Part shown: piece by piece, positions 51,088-64,000 of the stretch
Layout of the letters: each line of letters opens with the position of its first letter
Position numbering within the stretch: position 1 is the first letter of the stretch
Assembly: GCA_050250255.1 (NCBI GenBank)
Contig: JBFWOZ010000002.1
Coordinates: 32,001 to 96,000 of the forward strand
Length of the DNA: 64,000 nucleotides
Source of the DNA: Bdellovibrionales bacterium
GTDB taxonomy: Bacteria > Bdellovibrionota > Bdellovibrionia > Bdellovibrionales > DASUEL01
Direction of reading: 5' to 3'
Translations under genes and position numbers: made by a program
Notes under the pieces: model-generated
Database searches by the model: none
What the model was told of the DNA's origin: nothing
What the model saw: only the letters and a program-made list of their open reading frames with translations

Positions 51088-52964
51088 GATGGCCTCTCCT
51101 CGGTCCCCAACTTATGTCCATTTAGATAAACTAAAATGGACTGAACGGCTGAGGGGTTTACACCACTAATTCGACTCGCCTGTCCCAGTGTCCTGGGCTT
51201 AAGACGATCTAGCTTCTCAATCTCTTCGGAAGAAAGGCCCCTAATACTTGAGTAAGAAATGTCGTCGGGGAGCTTCATATTTTCCATCTTACTGGCCTGT
51301 TGAATCAGCTCTTTTTGTCTCGTAACATAGCCTGAATATTTCACTTCTATTTCCACGGCTTCAATCACGGCTGGCTCTTCTTTGGTGAAGTTAAAAAACT
51401 GTCCAACTTCTTCCCACCCAATTTCTTGTCGTCTCATAAGCGTCTCAAGCTTGGTCGGTTTTAAAATTGCTGGAGTACCTATCTGCTCTAGTTTTTTTAA
51501 TGTTTCTTCATTGGGATAAATCGTCTGACTCTTAAGCTCTTCAAGTAAATGAGCCCGGCGCTCTTTTCTTTTCACATAAAGCTCTTCAACATCACCCTTC
51601 ACCAGACCAAGATCTAGAGATCTCTGGAAAAGTCGATCCGCAGTGTTGTCTTCGCGAAGAATCAAGCGGTGCTCTGCTCGAGAGGTGAACATTCGGTAGG
51701 GTTCTTGGGTTCCCTTTGTCACAAGATCATCAATCAACACGCCCATGTACGCTTCATCTCGACGAAGGATAAAAGGTTCCTTTTCGAGAAGTCTATGGGC
51801 CGCATTCACACCTGCAAGAAAACCTTGCGCGGCAGCCTCTTCATATCCACTCGTTCCATTAATCTGGCCCGCAAGAAATAAATTTTTAACGGCCGCCGTT
51901 TCAAAATGATGACGAATTTGTGTTGGCTCAATAAAGTCATACTCAACCGCGTATCCGTAGCGAATGACTTTGACGTTTTCTAGGCCAGGAATGGTTTTCA
52001 AAAATTCATCTTGAACGTCTGCCGGTAAGCTTGTCGAAATTCCCTGAAGATAAATCAAATCTGTATCTAAACCTTCGGGCTCCAAGAAAGTTTGATGGCT
52101 GGTTTTATCGACGAAGCGATGAATTTTATCCTCTATGCTCGGGCAGTAACGAGGACCTATTCCCTCGATACGGCCACAAAACATCGGCGAACGATCCAAA
52201 TTTTTTCGGATGATGTCGTGGGTTTTTTCATTCGTGCGACTGAGATAACAAGTCACCTGCGGCAATTGATATTCTCGGGGACTACGAAAGCTAAAAGGAT
52301 AAAAAAATTCATCGCCTGGCTGGGGAATAGTTTTTGACCAGTCGATGCTGTCTTTGTGAAGTCGCGCAGGTGTTCCCGTTTTTAGTCTTCTTACGACAAA
52401 ACCAAGGGAGCGCAGTTGATCAGAAAGGCCCACAGAGGCTTTGTCTCCTACGCGTCCGCCCGCCACCTTATCAAGCCCAACGTGCATCACCCCATTCATA
52501 AAGGTGCCCGTAGTGATGATTGTTGTGCGTGCACGAACTTCAGCTCCGTCTTCGAGGGTCACTCCTGCACAAACCTCTTTTTCAAGAAGAAGCGACTTCA
52601 CTTCCGATTCAAGAATCTGAAGATTTTCTTGATTAAAAATCGTTGATTGCATGTAAGCCGAATATTTATCTTTATCGCACTGAGTGCGGGTTCCGCGGAC
52701 CGCAGGACCCTTTTTTGAATTGAGCCGCTTGAATTGGATGCAGGTTTTGTCTGCGGCAAGTCCCATCTCTCCACCCAAAATATCAAGCTCGCGAACCATG
52801 TGCCCCTTGGCGAGGCCACCAATCGCGGGATTGCAGCTCATGTAACCAATGCGAGATTTGTTTGTTGTCACAAGAAGGGTTTTAAACCCTAAGCGCGAAG
52901 TCGCAAGGCAGGCTTCAATTCCTGCGTGGCCCCCTCCAATAACTATGACATCAAACTGATTCAT
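51024..52964 (-). CDS. mnmG: tRNA modification enzyme MnmG (GidA)
   Basis: GGGHAG, MSCNPAIGG, GPRYCPSIEDK, GQINGTSGYEEAAAQG. Confidence 0.99.
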   Translation of the reverse strand: MNQFDVIVIGGGHAGIEACLATSRLGFKTLLVTTNKSRIGYMSCNPAIGGLAKGHMVRELDILGGEMGLAADKTCIQFKRLNSKKGPAVRGTRTQCDKDKYSAYMQSTIFNQENLQILESEVKSLLLEKEVCAGVTLEDGAEVRARTTIITTGTFMNGVMHVGLDKVAGGRVGDKASVGLSDQLRSLGFVVRRLKTGTPARLHKDSIDWSKTIPQPGDEFFYPFSFRSPREYQLPQVTCYLSRTNEKTHDIIRKNLDRSPMFCGRIEGIGPRYCPSIEDKIHRFVDKTSHQTFLEPEGLDTDLIYLQGISTSLPADVQDEFLKTIPGLENVKVIRYGYAVEYDFIEPTQIRHHFETAAVKNLFLAGQINGTSGYEEAAAQGFLAGVNAAHRLLEKEPFILRRDEAYMGVLIDDLVTKGTQEPYRMFTSRAEHRLILREDNTADRLFQRSLDLGLVKGDVEELYVKRKERRAHLLEELKSQTIYPNEETLKKLEQIGTPAILKPTKLETLMRRQEIGWEEVGQFFNFTKEEPAVIEAVEIEVKYSGYVTRQKELIQQASKMENMKLPDDISYSSIRGLSSEEIEKLDRLKPRTLGQASRISGVNPSAVQSILVYLNGHKLGTEERPSWKLLRKKMLSQKNSDSGFQT

Positions 52965-52987
52965 CTATTTCACCAACATTTACGGAC

Positions 52988-54343
52988 TTACTTTCCGATA
53001 CAAAAATCTTTAAAAATACGGTCGACCACTTTTTCTGAAATATCTCGACCCAATAACTCGCTAAATTTTCCAAGTGCCTCTCTCAGTTCCAGCGCAACAA
53101 TTTCTTCGCCAGCTCCTTGAGTCAGGGCCCTGCGGGCACCCTCCAGCGACACCTTGATTTGGGAAATACATTCGTAGTGGCGTGCCTGCATGACCTCTGC
53201 CGATGTATTCGAGTGCACATCCAAAAGCTCGGCCTTCAATCTCTTCTCAAGTTCTTCCAAGCCTTTTTTAGTTTTTGTACTCAGGGTCAATTCCTCTTGT
53301 GATTCGGTTACCACGAGATCGCTTTTGTTACCTATCTTCATTTTTTTACCAGAGATTTTATTCCAATTCTCTTCGTCTTCTACCTGCCATCCCTTATTCA
53401 AATCGTAAATATAGAGGGTGAGTTCGGATTGAGAGATGGCGCGGTGACTTCTTTCAACGCCCTCTCGTTCGATTTCATCAGAGGTTAGCCTAAGTCCCGC
53501 TGTATCTACAAAGTTGGCTTTGATCGGGCCTACAAACATTTCCGCATGAATCGTGTCGCGAGTCGTCCCCGCTACGGGAGAGACAATGGCGCGATCTTCT
53601 CGAAGAAGAGCATTGAGAAGACTTGATTTTCCAGCGTTAGGCAGGCCCGCAATTGCAATGTTCACACCTTCGCGAATCATATGGCCACTTTTGTACGCGC
53701 GAATAAGATCTTCGCAACTATCGAGCGCCTCTTCGAGTCGAAACTGTAGGTCCTCGGTGGAAATTTCCTCAAGTCCTTCGGTCGCAAAATCAATGTTGGC
53801 CTCTAGGCGTGAGAGCGTCCAAATAATGTCTTTTTCGATGTCGATAAATTTTTGGCTCAGGCGACCTTCGAGTTGTCGTTGGGCAAGCTTCGCAGCTTCC
53901 AGAGTTTGGCTCTGAATCAGAGACATCACGCCCTCAGCCTGTACCAAATCTAGTCGCCCATTAAGAAATGCCCGATAAGTGAACTCTCCTCGTTCAGCCG
54001 CGCGCGCTCCTTTTTCTGCAAGGCCCGATAAGATTGCAGAAACAATATGCGGATTACCATGACAAGAAATTTCGACGGTCTCATCCCCGGTATAGGAGTG
54101 TCCTTCGGCAAAATAAGTCATGACGACGTCGTCGAGTTTTTCATTTTCTGAAGAAAAAAGATCAAGATAGTAAGCCCGATGATCTTCGGGCTGATCAGGA
54201 AACTGTGGTGCCAACTCTTTTGCGATCCTTGCGGCCCGCGGACCACAGACCCGCAAGACAGAGATCCCCGCTCGCCCCTGGGCAGAGGTCAAAGCGCAGA
54301 TCGTGTCTTCATCTCGACTTAAAAGACTGGCGTTCCAACTCAT
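52988..54343 (-). CDS. mnmE: tRNA modification GTPase MnmE (TrmE)
   Basis: SYTGDETVEISCHG, GLPNAGKSS, GTTRD, DTAG, FCIGK. Confidence 0.99.
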   Translation of the reverse strand: MSWNASLLSRDEDTICALTSAQGRAGISVLRVCGPRAARIAKELAPQFPDQPEDHRAYYLDLFSSENEKLDDVVMTYFAEGHSYTGDETVEISCHGNPHIVSAILSGLAEKGARAAERGEFTYRAFLNGRLDLVQAEGVMSLIQSQTLEAAKLAQRQLEGRLSQKFIDIEKDIIWTLSRLEANIDFATEGLEEISTEDLQFRLEEALDSCEDLIRAYKSGHMIREGVNIAIAGLPNAGKSSLLNALLREDRAIVSPVAGTTRDTIHAEMFVGPIKANFVDTAGLRLTSDEIEREGVERSHRAISQSELTLYIYDLNKGWQVEDEENWNKISGKKMKIGNKSDLVVTESQEELTLSTKTKKGLEELEKRLKAELLDVHSNTSAEVMQARHYECISQIKVSLEGARRALTQGAGEEIVALELREALGKFSELLGRDISEKVVDRIFKDFCIGK

Positions 54344-54894
54344 TCGCTCGCGTGAGCGGAATCTCTGCGGTCACCTTGTCGTTTACGTGGCTCAAGTCCT
54401 GCTGGAAAAATTTTGATTTTTTTGTATAAACCATCGCCGATCGATTTGCTCTTCACACGAGTGTCGTTGGAAAGATGCTGGTGAATCACCTTGCGATCTT
54501 TTGGTGCGAGGGCGCGAATGTAAACCGATTTGTTCTTTTCGATGGCAACTTCTTTTAACTTATCTGCGAGCTCGATGAGCGCCTGGCTAGATTCTTCACG
54601 GTACCCACCAGCATCAAACACAACGTCTGCTTTGAACTCTGGGATGTTGTGCTGAAGCACTCTTTTCACATAAAATTGAAAAGCATCCATAAGCTGTCCG
54701 TCTTTTTCTTTTAATAGCTCTTCATCGCCACCCTGAAGTTCTACCGTAATTTTCTCAGGGTCTTCAGTAACGGCATGAGTAAGATCAAACTCCCCTACCT
54801 TGAAAATTCCATCGAGCGTGCTCTCGATGATTTCGGTCGCTTTGGATCCAGAAGAAGATTTTCCCCCACCGAATAGTTTTTTAAAAAAGCTCAT
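54340..54894 (-). CDS. jag: Jag/KhpB (EloR)-family RNA-binding protein, KH plus R3H, short form
   Basis: Between yidC and mnmE; DGQLMDAFQ (KH), RKVIH (R3H), SKSIGDG. Confidence 0.85.
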   Translation of the reverse strand: MSFFKKLFGGGKSSSGSKATEIIESTLDGIFKVGEFDLTHAVTEDPEKITVELQGGDEELLKEKDGQLMDAFQFYVKRVLQHNIPEFKADVVFDAGGYREESSQALIELADKLKEVAIEKNKSVYIRALAPKDRKVIHQHLSNDTRVKSKSIGDGLYKKIKIFPAGLEPRKRQGDRRDSAHASE

Positions 54895-54902
54895 TATCCC
54901 TC

Positions 54903-56522
54903 CTACGTCTGTGCGCTTGCGGCTTGTGTTGTTAGACTCTTGTCTCTCATAAACAGATATTGCTGACAGATCCCAAAAAGCGTACTCACAAAAATATAAA
55001 GTGTGAGCCCACTAGGTAGCGTCAGCATAAAAAACGAAAATAAAATTGGCATAAATTGAAGCACTTTTGCTTGAGCAGGATCCAGCGTCGACGGGGTGAT
55101 CTTTTGCTGAACGTACATCGTGATGCCCATGAGAACTGGCAAAATATAATATGGGTCTTTAAGGCTCAAATCATGAATCCAAAACATAAAAGGCGCTTTG
55201 TACAATTCAATGCTGTGATCAAGGACCTGATAAAGGGCAAAGAAAACAGGGAGCTGTAAAAACATGGGGAGACATCCTCCGATGGGATTCACCTTATGTT
55301 CACGCATTAAGTTCATCGTTTCGCGATTCATCGCCTGAGGGTCGTTTTTATATTTTTCGCGAAGTCTTTGCATGTGCGGCTGAATGGTCTGCATCGCCTT
55401 CATTGACTTGTACGACATGATGTTAAATGGAAGGACCACAAATCTTACGAGAAGCGTGAGTAAAATAATCGCCACACCGTAGTTGAGGGTTATGGAGAAA
55501 AACCAATTCATGAGTTTCAAGAGCGGCTCTGCAAGCCAGCTAAAAAACCCAAAGTCGACGATCTTCACGAACTGTGGGTTTGCCGAATTCAAAAGCTTTA
55601 GGTCTTTCGGTCCCGCATAGAATTGGAATTGCAAATCCATTTCTTTAAGTTCGGGATTTTTTGTATGCGTGAGCTGACCATACATTTTTTCATCTGTCGC
55701 ATCAGTACCTGTGCGAAATTCCGGCAAAACGCTCGAGCTGTCGAAAAAACCTTGGGTGAAATAGCGAGAGCTCATGCTTGCAAGCGACACCTGAGTAAAG
55801 CCTTTGTCGTAAGGACTATCCTGAGATGAAAAACTTCTGTCTGTCGTGGTCCCGTGAGCAATGAAAAAGCTCTGCCACTGAGACGTGTCCGTTGCGATGT
55901 TTTTTCCTTCGGCCGTCTTGGAATTTTTATGAAGCGTGTCTTCAGATAAAATATGAGTAATGCCCGCGATTTGTCCCTGCTGGTCACTCACTTCGGTGCG
56001 AACAAAAATGGAATATTTCGCCGAATCTATTTTGAGGGTTTTTGTGATTGTGGCAGATCCGACCCTTGCAACTCCCACAAATTCTGTCTCTGATTTTTTT
56101 TGCAGAGAGAATGGAGGTGGTGTCGCCAGCTCCTTTAATTGAGTCATTAATGGGAGATATTTTTCCGTGCTTCCAATGATGATCGGTTTTTCGCTACGAT
56201 CAAAATATCGCTTCAACTGGATCCCCTTAAGGCCCATGCCCAGGCTAGAGATTTCAAAGCTCCAAATGTCGTCTTCGAACTTCAATGTTTGTTCCGATGC
56301 CTTTGCAGGAATGGCTGCCACGGGTGCAGGCGCGCTTGGTGTCGCGGCTTCCGGTGTGGTCGGTGCCGTTGCTGCTGGTGCTGTCACTGCGGTTTGTTCT
56401 GTAGGTTTTGGGCGAGGGTATTTTTTTGTTAAGTAGTTTTGCCAACCAAACCAAACGGCGCCCACAAGAATAATTGCAATAATTGTTTTTGGATCTAAGA
56501 AGTTTTCGCGCTCTTGGTTCAT
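54903..56522 (-). CDS. yidC: Membrane protein insertase YidC
   Basis: VDFGFF, NYGVAIILLT, GGCLPM, WIHDLS. Confidence 0.98.
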   Translation of the reverse strand: MNQERENFLDPKTIIAIILVGAVWFGWQNYLTKKYPRPKPTEQTAVTAPAATAPTTPEAATPSAPAPVAAIPAKASEQTLKFEDDIWSFEISSLGMGLKGIQLKRYFDRSEKPIIIGSTEKYLPLMTQLKELATPPPFSLQKKSETEFVGVARVGSATITKTLKIDSAKYSIFVRTEVSDQQGQIAGITHILSEDTLHKNSKTAEGKNIATDTSQWQSFFIAHGTTTDRSFSSQDSPYDKGFTQVSLASMSSRYFTQGFFDSSSVLPEFRTGTDATDEKMYGQLTHTKNPELKEMDLQFQFYAGPKDLKLLNSANPQFVKIVDFGFFSWLAEPLLKLMNWFFSITLNYGVAIILLTLLVRFVVLPFNIMSYKSMKAMQTIQPHMQRLREKYKNDPQAMNRETMNLMREHKVNPIGGCLPMFLQLPVFFALYQVLDHSIELYKAPFMFWIHDLSLKDPYYILPVLMGITMYVQQKITPSTLDPAQAKVLQFMPILFSFFMLTLPSGLTLYIFVSTLFGICQQYLFMRDKSLTTQAASAQT

Positions 56523-56531
56523 TTCTCTTAT

Positions 56532-56840
56532 TTACCTTTTTGTTGCTGGTGCGCTGACCGGATCATAACCAAAGGATCCGAAGGGGCGACACCGGATGAT
56601 TCTTTTTAAAATCATCCCCGCTGCTTTCAAGGGTGAGTGTTTTTCTAGCGCCTCAAGCGCATAGTCCGAACAGCTCGGTTGAAACCGGCAAGCTCCGCCC
56701 ATCCAAAATGCAGGTAAGGATTTATATGCGAGAACGGTCGCTATCAAAAGCTTTTTTCCTAGCGGAGCGAATATTTCTCCAGCCCCTCGCCAGAGGCTCT
56801 TCAAACTCTTGAAATGTAAGCTTTTTAAGAAAGTCATCAC
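56532..56840 (-). CDS. yidD: Membrane protein insertion efficiency factor YidD
   Basis: CRFQPSCSDY...KRIIRCRPF..GYDPV; start uncertain because it overlaps rnpA. Confidence 0.92.
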   Translation of the reverse strand: MMTFLKSLHFKSLKSLWRGAGEIFAPLGKKLLIATVLAYKSLPAFWMGGACRFQPSCSDYALEALEKHSPLKAAGMILKRIIRCRPFGSFGYDPVSAPATKR

Positions 56841-57117
56841 CCTGTTCTCTAATCACAATATTTAAATAGATAAGCTGGTTTGGGGTCAGCTCTTCTTTAC
56901 GAAAAAATTCGCGGCACCAGCGTTTCAATTTATTCCTTAAAACAGCTGTGCCCACTTTTTTAGGAATGGTCCAGCCAACATGCACGGCCGGCTTCGGATT
57001 TTTATCGACAATATAATTGAGAATCATCCATGGCGTGACTTTAAGTCTCTTTCCGCTACGGGAAAGTCTCAAGAAATCAGACCTCTTTTTGATAGTCTGG
57101 TATCGTCTCGCCTGCAT
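56722..57117 (-). CDS. rnpA: Ribonuclease P protein component
   Basis: IPKKVGTAVLRNKLKR..REFFR (RNR motif). Confidence 0.95.
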   Translation of the reverse strand: MQARRYQTIKKRSDFLRLSRSGKRLKVTPWMILNYIVDKNPKPAVHVGWTIPKKVGTAVLRNKLKRWCREFFRKEELTPNQLIYLNIVIREQGDDFLKKLTFQEFEEPLARGWRNIRSARKKAFDSDRSRI

Positions 57118-57126
57118 CGCGCAGGA

Positions 57127-57276
57127 TTATTTATGGCTCGTTGTTGCCGCAAGACGTTTACGGCCTTTGGCGCGACGTCGTGCAAGAACAGTTCTTCCGC
57201 CAGAAGTGGCCATACGAGAACGGAAACCGTGAGTGGTTTTTCTTTTTTTTCTACTCGGCTGATACGTACGTTTCAT
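57127..57276 (-). CDS. rpmH: 50S ribosomal protein L34 (absent from the ORF track)
   Basis: Manual translation: [55 protein letters not shown]. Confidence 0.99.
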   Translation of the reverse strand: MKRTYQPSRKKRKTTHGFRSRMATSGGRTVLARRRAKGRKRLAATTSHK

Positions 57277-57311
57277 GTGAACTCTCCAAAACTATTCCAA
57301 TTGTGAGGAGG

Positions 57312-57341
57312 ATAGAACCATGACGCAACACTCACTGTCAA
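57312..57341 (-). promoter_or_regulatory. Putative sigma70 promoter of the rpmH operon
   Basis: Perfect -35 TTGACA (57341-57336), 18-nt spacer ending in TGG, weak -10 TTCTAT. Confidence 0.45.
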
Positions 57342-57365
57342 GTTGTTGTAAATCAAAATGCCGGT

Positions 57366-58949
57366 ATGTTAGACCATTCGATCGTACCAGAGGGGCAATC
57401 GTACATGGAAGATACAGAAAACAACCCGAAAAACACCATTTCGGACCAATTTGATCTTTTTCTCAACTCACCAGCGGAGACAGCTCCGTTTGGATCTGAG
57501 AGTCTTGAGGAGAAGATTCGCGTGCCTTTTGGACCACTTACGGGCACCCAAAACGCAGGAATAGGCCCTTTTTCTCTCGAATTTTGGACAAAGCTTAAAA
57601 TTGATCTCCTGAATAAACATGCCTCGAACAAACCTTTTAAAAATTGGTTTGAAGCCGTAGAGTTTATCGATACGGATCTCGGGGATTATGGTTATGGCCT
57701 TCGTTTGCGGGTTCCTAGCGAGCTCCATAAATACTGGCTTTCTGAGAATGTTCTTGAAGAGTTAACTTCCGAAATTGCTCAACTTTATCGCGGTCCTTTC
57801 CGTGTAGAATTTATCGTTAGTGGCGCGGCTCAGGCTTCCTCCCATTACAGCACTCCAACCTCTGGAAATATTGAGACGGCCCCTGCGTCAGAAATCGTGG
57901 AGACCTCTTCCTCTAGTGGAAATCTCTATTTAAATCCTAATTATACTTTTGGTACTTTTGTCGTTGGTCGAAATAACGAATTTGCTCATGCGGCTTGCTT
58001 CAATGTGGCCGAGCGCCCAGGAAGTGGATACAACCCTCTTTTTATCTGCGGACCAACGGGTATGGGTAAAACCCACTTACTCAATGCTGTAGGAAATCAC
58101 ATTCGAGATAAATTTCCTCAGATGAGAATTTGCTACCTTTCTGCAGAACGTTTTCTTAATGAATGTATCTCTGGAATTCGTCGAAATACGATGGATAAAT
58201 TCCGACTGCGATATCGTGAAAGATGCGATGTTCTTTTAATTGATGATATTCAAACTCTAGGGCGTGGCGAAGCTGTGCAGGATGAGTTTTTTCACACTCT
58301 GAATGATTTCTTTGAAACTCGAAGACAGGTCATTGTTGCGAGTGATCGCATGCCCAATGACATTCATGGTTTAGAAGATCGTATTCAATCTCGCCTCCAG
58401 TGGGGTTTGATTGCGGATATTCAGGTTTCTGATATGGAAACGCGTCTGGCGATTCTACGTTATAAAGCAGAGAAAAAAGGAGTGCGTCTTCCTGACGACG
58501 TAGCCAATTACATTGCCAGTATCTCGAAAAAATCGATTCGTGAGCTTGAAGGTAACCTGAATCGCGTGACTATTCATATGGAGCTCTATGGTGGTCATTT
58601 AGGCCTGGAAGTGGCGAAAAAAGCCCTGATGGCGCAGGCTAGTCAGCTGGATACTCTCACGCCTGATCAGATCCAAAAAATGGTGGCTGATGTCTTTAAT
58701 GTGAAGATTCTCGATTTAAAGTCGAAAAGTCGTGGCCGTCCTTTGGTAACTGCGCGTCAAACAGCTATGGTTCTCATGAAAAACTATCTGAACCAGAGCG
58801 TCACTGATATTGGACGATTCTTTAATAAAGACCACTCAACGGTGATCAACGCATTGCAGAGAATTGAGAATCAACGACTTGAAGATCGAAATTTAGATAA
58901 TGTTATTAAAAACTTAGAGAGCAGAATCCACAATATTCTCGGCTTGTGA
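57366..58949 (+). CDS. dnaA: Replication initiator DnaA with N-terminal extension
   Basis: YTFGTFVVG, YNPLFICGPTGMGKTHL, LLIDDIQ, RELEG, KDHSTVI; start may be ATG 57405. Confidence 0.99.
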   Translation: MLDHSIVPEGQSYMEDTENNPKNTISDQFDLFLNSPAETAPFGSESLEEKIRVPFGPLTGTQNAGIGPFSLEFWTKLKIDLLNKHASNKPFKNWFEAVEFIDTDLGDYGYGLRLRVPSELHKYWLSENVLEELTSEIAQLYRGPFRVEFIVSGAAQASSHYSTPTSGNIETAPASEIVETSSSSGNLYLNPNYTFGTFVVGRNNEFAHAACFNVAERPGSGYNPLFICGPTGMGKTHLLNAVGNHIRDKFPQMRICYLSAERFLNECISGIRRNTMDKFRLRYRERCDVLLIDDIQTLGRGEAVQDEFFHTLNDFFETRRQVIVASDRMPNDIHGLEDRIQSRLQWGLIADIQVSDMETRLAILRYKAEKKGVRLPDDVANYIASISKKSIRELEGNLNRVTIHMELYGGHLGLEVAKKALMAQASQLDTLTPDQIQKMVADVFNVKILDLKSKSRGRPLVTARQTAMVLMKNYLNQSVTDIGRFFNKDHSTVINALQRIENQRLEDRNLDNVIKNLESRIHNILGL

Positions 58950-59153
58950 TTTAGCCCGTGGATAACTCTGCTGATAACTCCGTGGGTTTGTTGGTTATTA
59001 CGACTTTTCCACAAAACAGAGGGTTGGTTTCACGGTTACTCAGAGAAGTAATAAACAAAAGAAACTTATTACTTCTCGATATTTAGGTTATAAGTCCCGT
59101 AATCCACGTTACCTACTACAGCTACTAGTATTTATATATATAAGAAACTAGTA
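58924..59153. other. Chromosomal replication origin oriC (dnaA-dnaN interval)
   Basis: DnaA-box-like 9-mers at 58924 (GAATCCACA), 58957 (reverse TTATCCACG), 58969, 59005 (TTTTCCACA) and 59100 (TAATCCACG), then TAC/TAG trinucleotides (DnaA-trios) and an AT tract TTATATATATAA. Confidence 0.88.
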
Positions 59154-59171
59154 AATAAGGGGGTCCAAAAT

Positions 59172-60302
59172 ATGAAAATCAATGTTGAGAAATCTGACTT
59201 ACTTTCCCTTATCTCAAAAACTCAGAACATCGTTGAGAAAAGAAATACCATGCCCGTACTGGCGAACATTCTTTTTGAAGCGAAGGATGATCGACTCAAA
59301 GTTTTTGCAACAGATCTTGAAGTGAGTTTAACAGATTCGATTCCAGCAGAGATTGATCAGCCAGGACAAGTGGCGGTAAATGCAAAAAGTATTTTTGAAA
59401 TTGTGAGAGAGTTAAGTGAGGGACCCGTTCAACTCACAAAGAATACGAATAACTGGTTAAGCGTAAAGCAAAAAAAATCAGCATTTAATATTGTGGGAAT
59501 TTCATCAGAAGAATTTCCTATCTTCCCGACTTACTCTACGAAAGAGTTTATTAAGATTCAGTCTGATGTTCTCGCCGACATGATTGAGAAAACTCTTTAC
59601 AGCGTTTCTCATGATGAAACCCGCTACAACCTCAACGGAGTTTATTTTGAACAACTTCCTGAAGAGGGAGGAGTTCATTACAGAATGGTGGCGACAGATG
59701 GTCACCGTCTCAGTCTTGTGAATCGAAAAACACAATCAATTGCAAAAGAAAAAGTTCCTGGCGCTTCGAGTGATGGAGTGATTGTTCCCCGTAAAGGTTT
59801 ACAAGAAATTCGAAAACTTCTAGAAGTATCTAGTGGCGCGATCGAAATGGCGGTTGAGGGATCACAATTTATTCTTAAGGGCGGATCAACTTTGTTGATG
59901 ATTCGGTTGATTGAAGGAAAATATCCTAACTACAACCAACTCATTCCAAAAAATATGAAACGACTCGTGACTGTTTCTAAAGAACAACTCACATCTTCAC
60001 TCAGAAGAGTTTCACTTCTTTCAAATCAAAAGTCGAAGAGTGTAACTCTCACTTTGAATCCAGGTTTGATGCAAATTTCTTCTAACAACCCAGAAATGGG
60101 AGACGCGAAAGAAGAAATCGAAGTGGCTTATAAAGGCGAAGAGATGAAAATTGGGTTTAACGCAAAATATCTTCTGGATATTCTTAACAGTATCCATGAT
60201 GAAGAAATCAAAATTGAACTCAACGACCAACTTTCACCGGGGCTCATTCGTCCAGGACACGATGCTGACTACACATGCGTGGTCATGCCTATGAGAATTT
60301 AA
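59172..60302 (+). CDS. dnaN: DNA polymerase III beta clamp
   Basis: ATDLEV, VATDGHRL, GKYPNY, VVMPMRI. Confidence 0.99.
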   Translation: MKINVEKSDLLSLISKTQNIVEKRNTMPVLANILFEAKDDRLKVFATDLEVSLTDSIPAEIDQPGQVAVNAKSIFEIVRELSEGPVQLTKNTNNWLSVKQKKSAFNIVGISSEEFPIFPTYSTKEFIKIQSDVLADMIEKTLYSVSHDETRYNLNGVYFEQLPEEGGVHYRMVATDGHRLSLVNRKTQSIAKEKVPGASSDGVIVPRKGLQEIRKLLEVSSGAIEMAVEGSQFILKGGSTLLMIRLIEGKYPNYNQLIPKNMKRLVTVSKEQLTSSLRRVSLLSNQKSKSVTLTLNPGLMQISSNNPEMGDAKEEIEVAYKGEEMKIGFNAKYLLDILNSIHDEEIKIELNDQLSPGLIRPGHDADYTCVVMPMRI

Positions 60303-60313
60303 GCTTCGATCCT

Positions 60314-63959
<3,646 letters not shown>

Positions 63960-63970
63960 GGAGTAGTTCA

Positions 63971-64000
63971 GTGGAACAAGATCAGCCACCAGCACAGCCT
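63971..64000 (+). CDS. Start of the next gene, probably gyrA (truncated)
   Basis: GGGAG then GTG, open to the window end (MEQDQPPAQP); identity from typical synteny only. Confidence 0.4.
   Translation, partial: MEQDQPPAQP

Overview
Origin-of-replication region of a bacterial chromosome. Gene content and order point to a Bdellovibrionota-type predator; this is inferred from synteny, not from a search. Left to right: tatCB, M16 peptidase, hemW-grpE-dnaJ, LpoA-like lipoprotein, dksA, lon, patatin, a membrane-arm-only complex I operon (nuoA-H-J-K-L-M-N), mfd, a GH3 hexosaminidase, the atp operon without atpB/atpE, bactofilin-parB-parA with two parS sites, rsmG-mnmG-mnmE-jag-yidC-yidD-rnpA-rpmH, then dnaA-oriC-dnaN-recF-gyrB. 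Four things stand out. (1) Directly upstream of the real nuo operon is a second, intact, translationally coupled 7-gene copy in the same A-H-J-K-L-M-N order. Its alignable subunits have lost the charged residues used for proton pumping and quinone coupling. (2) A probable sphingolipid/ceramide pathway is appended to the ATP synthase operon: serine palmitoyltransferase, a bCerS-like GNAT and a secreted START-like protein, with a eukaryote-type KDSR-like reductase facing them. (3) A 123-bp palindromic element is inserted in frame inside hemW. (4) There is a recurring pattern of leaderless sigma70-type and sigma28-type promoters, one of which abuts parS. No rRNA, tRNA, CRISPR array or transposase was seen. 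All calls come from reading motifs by eye.
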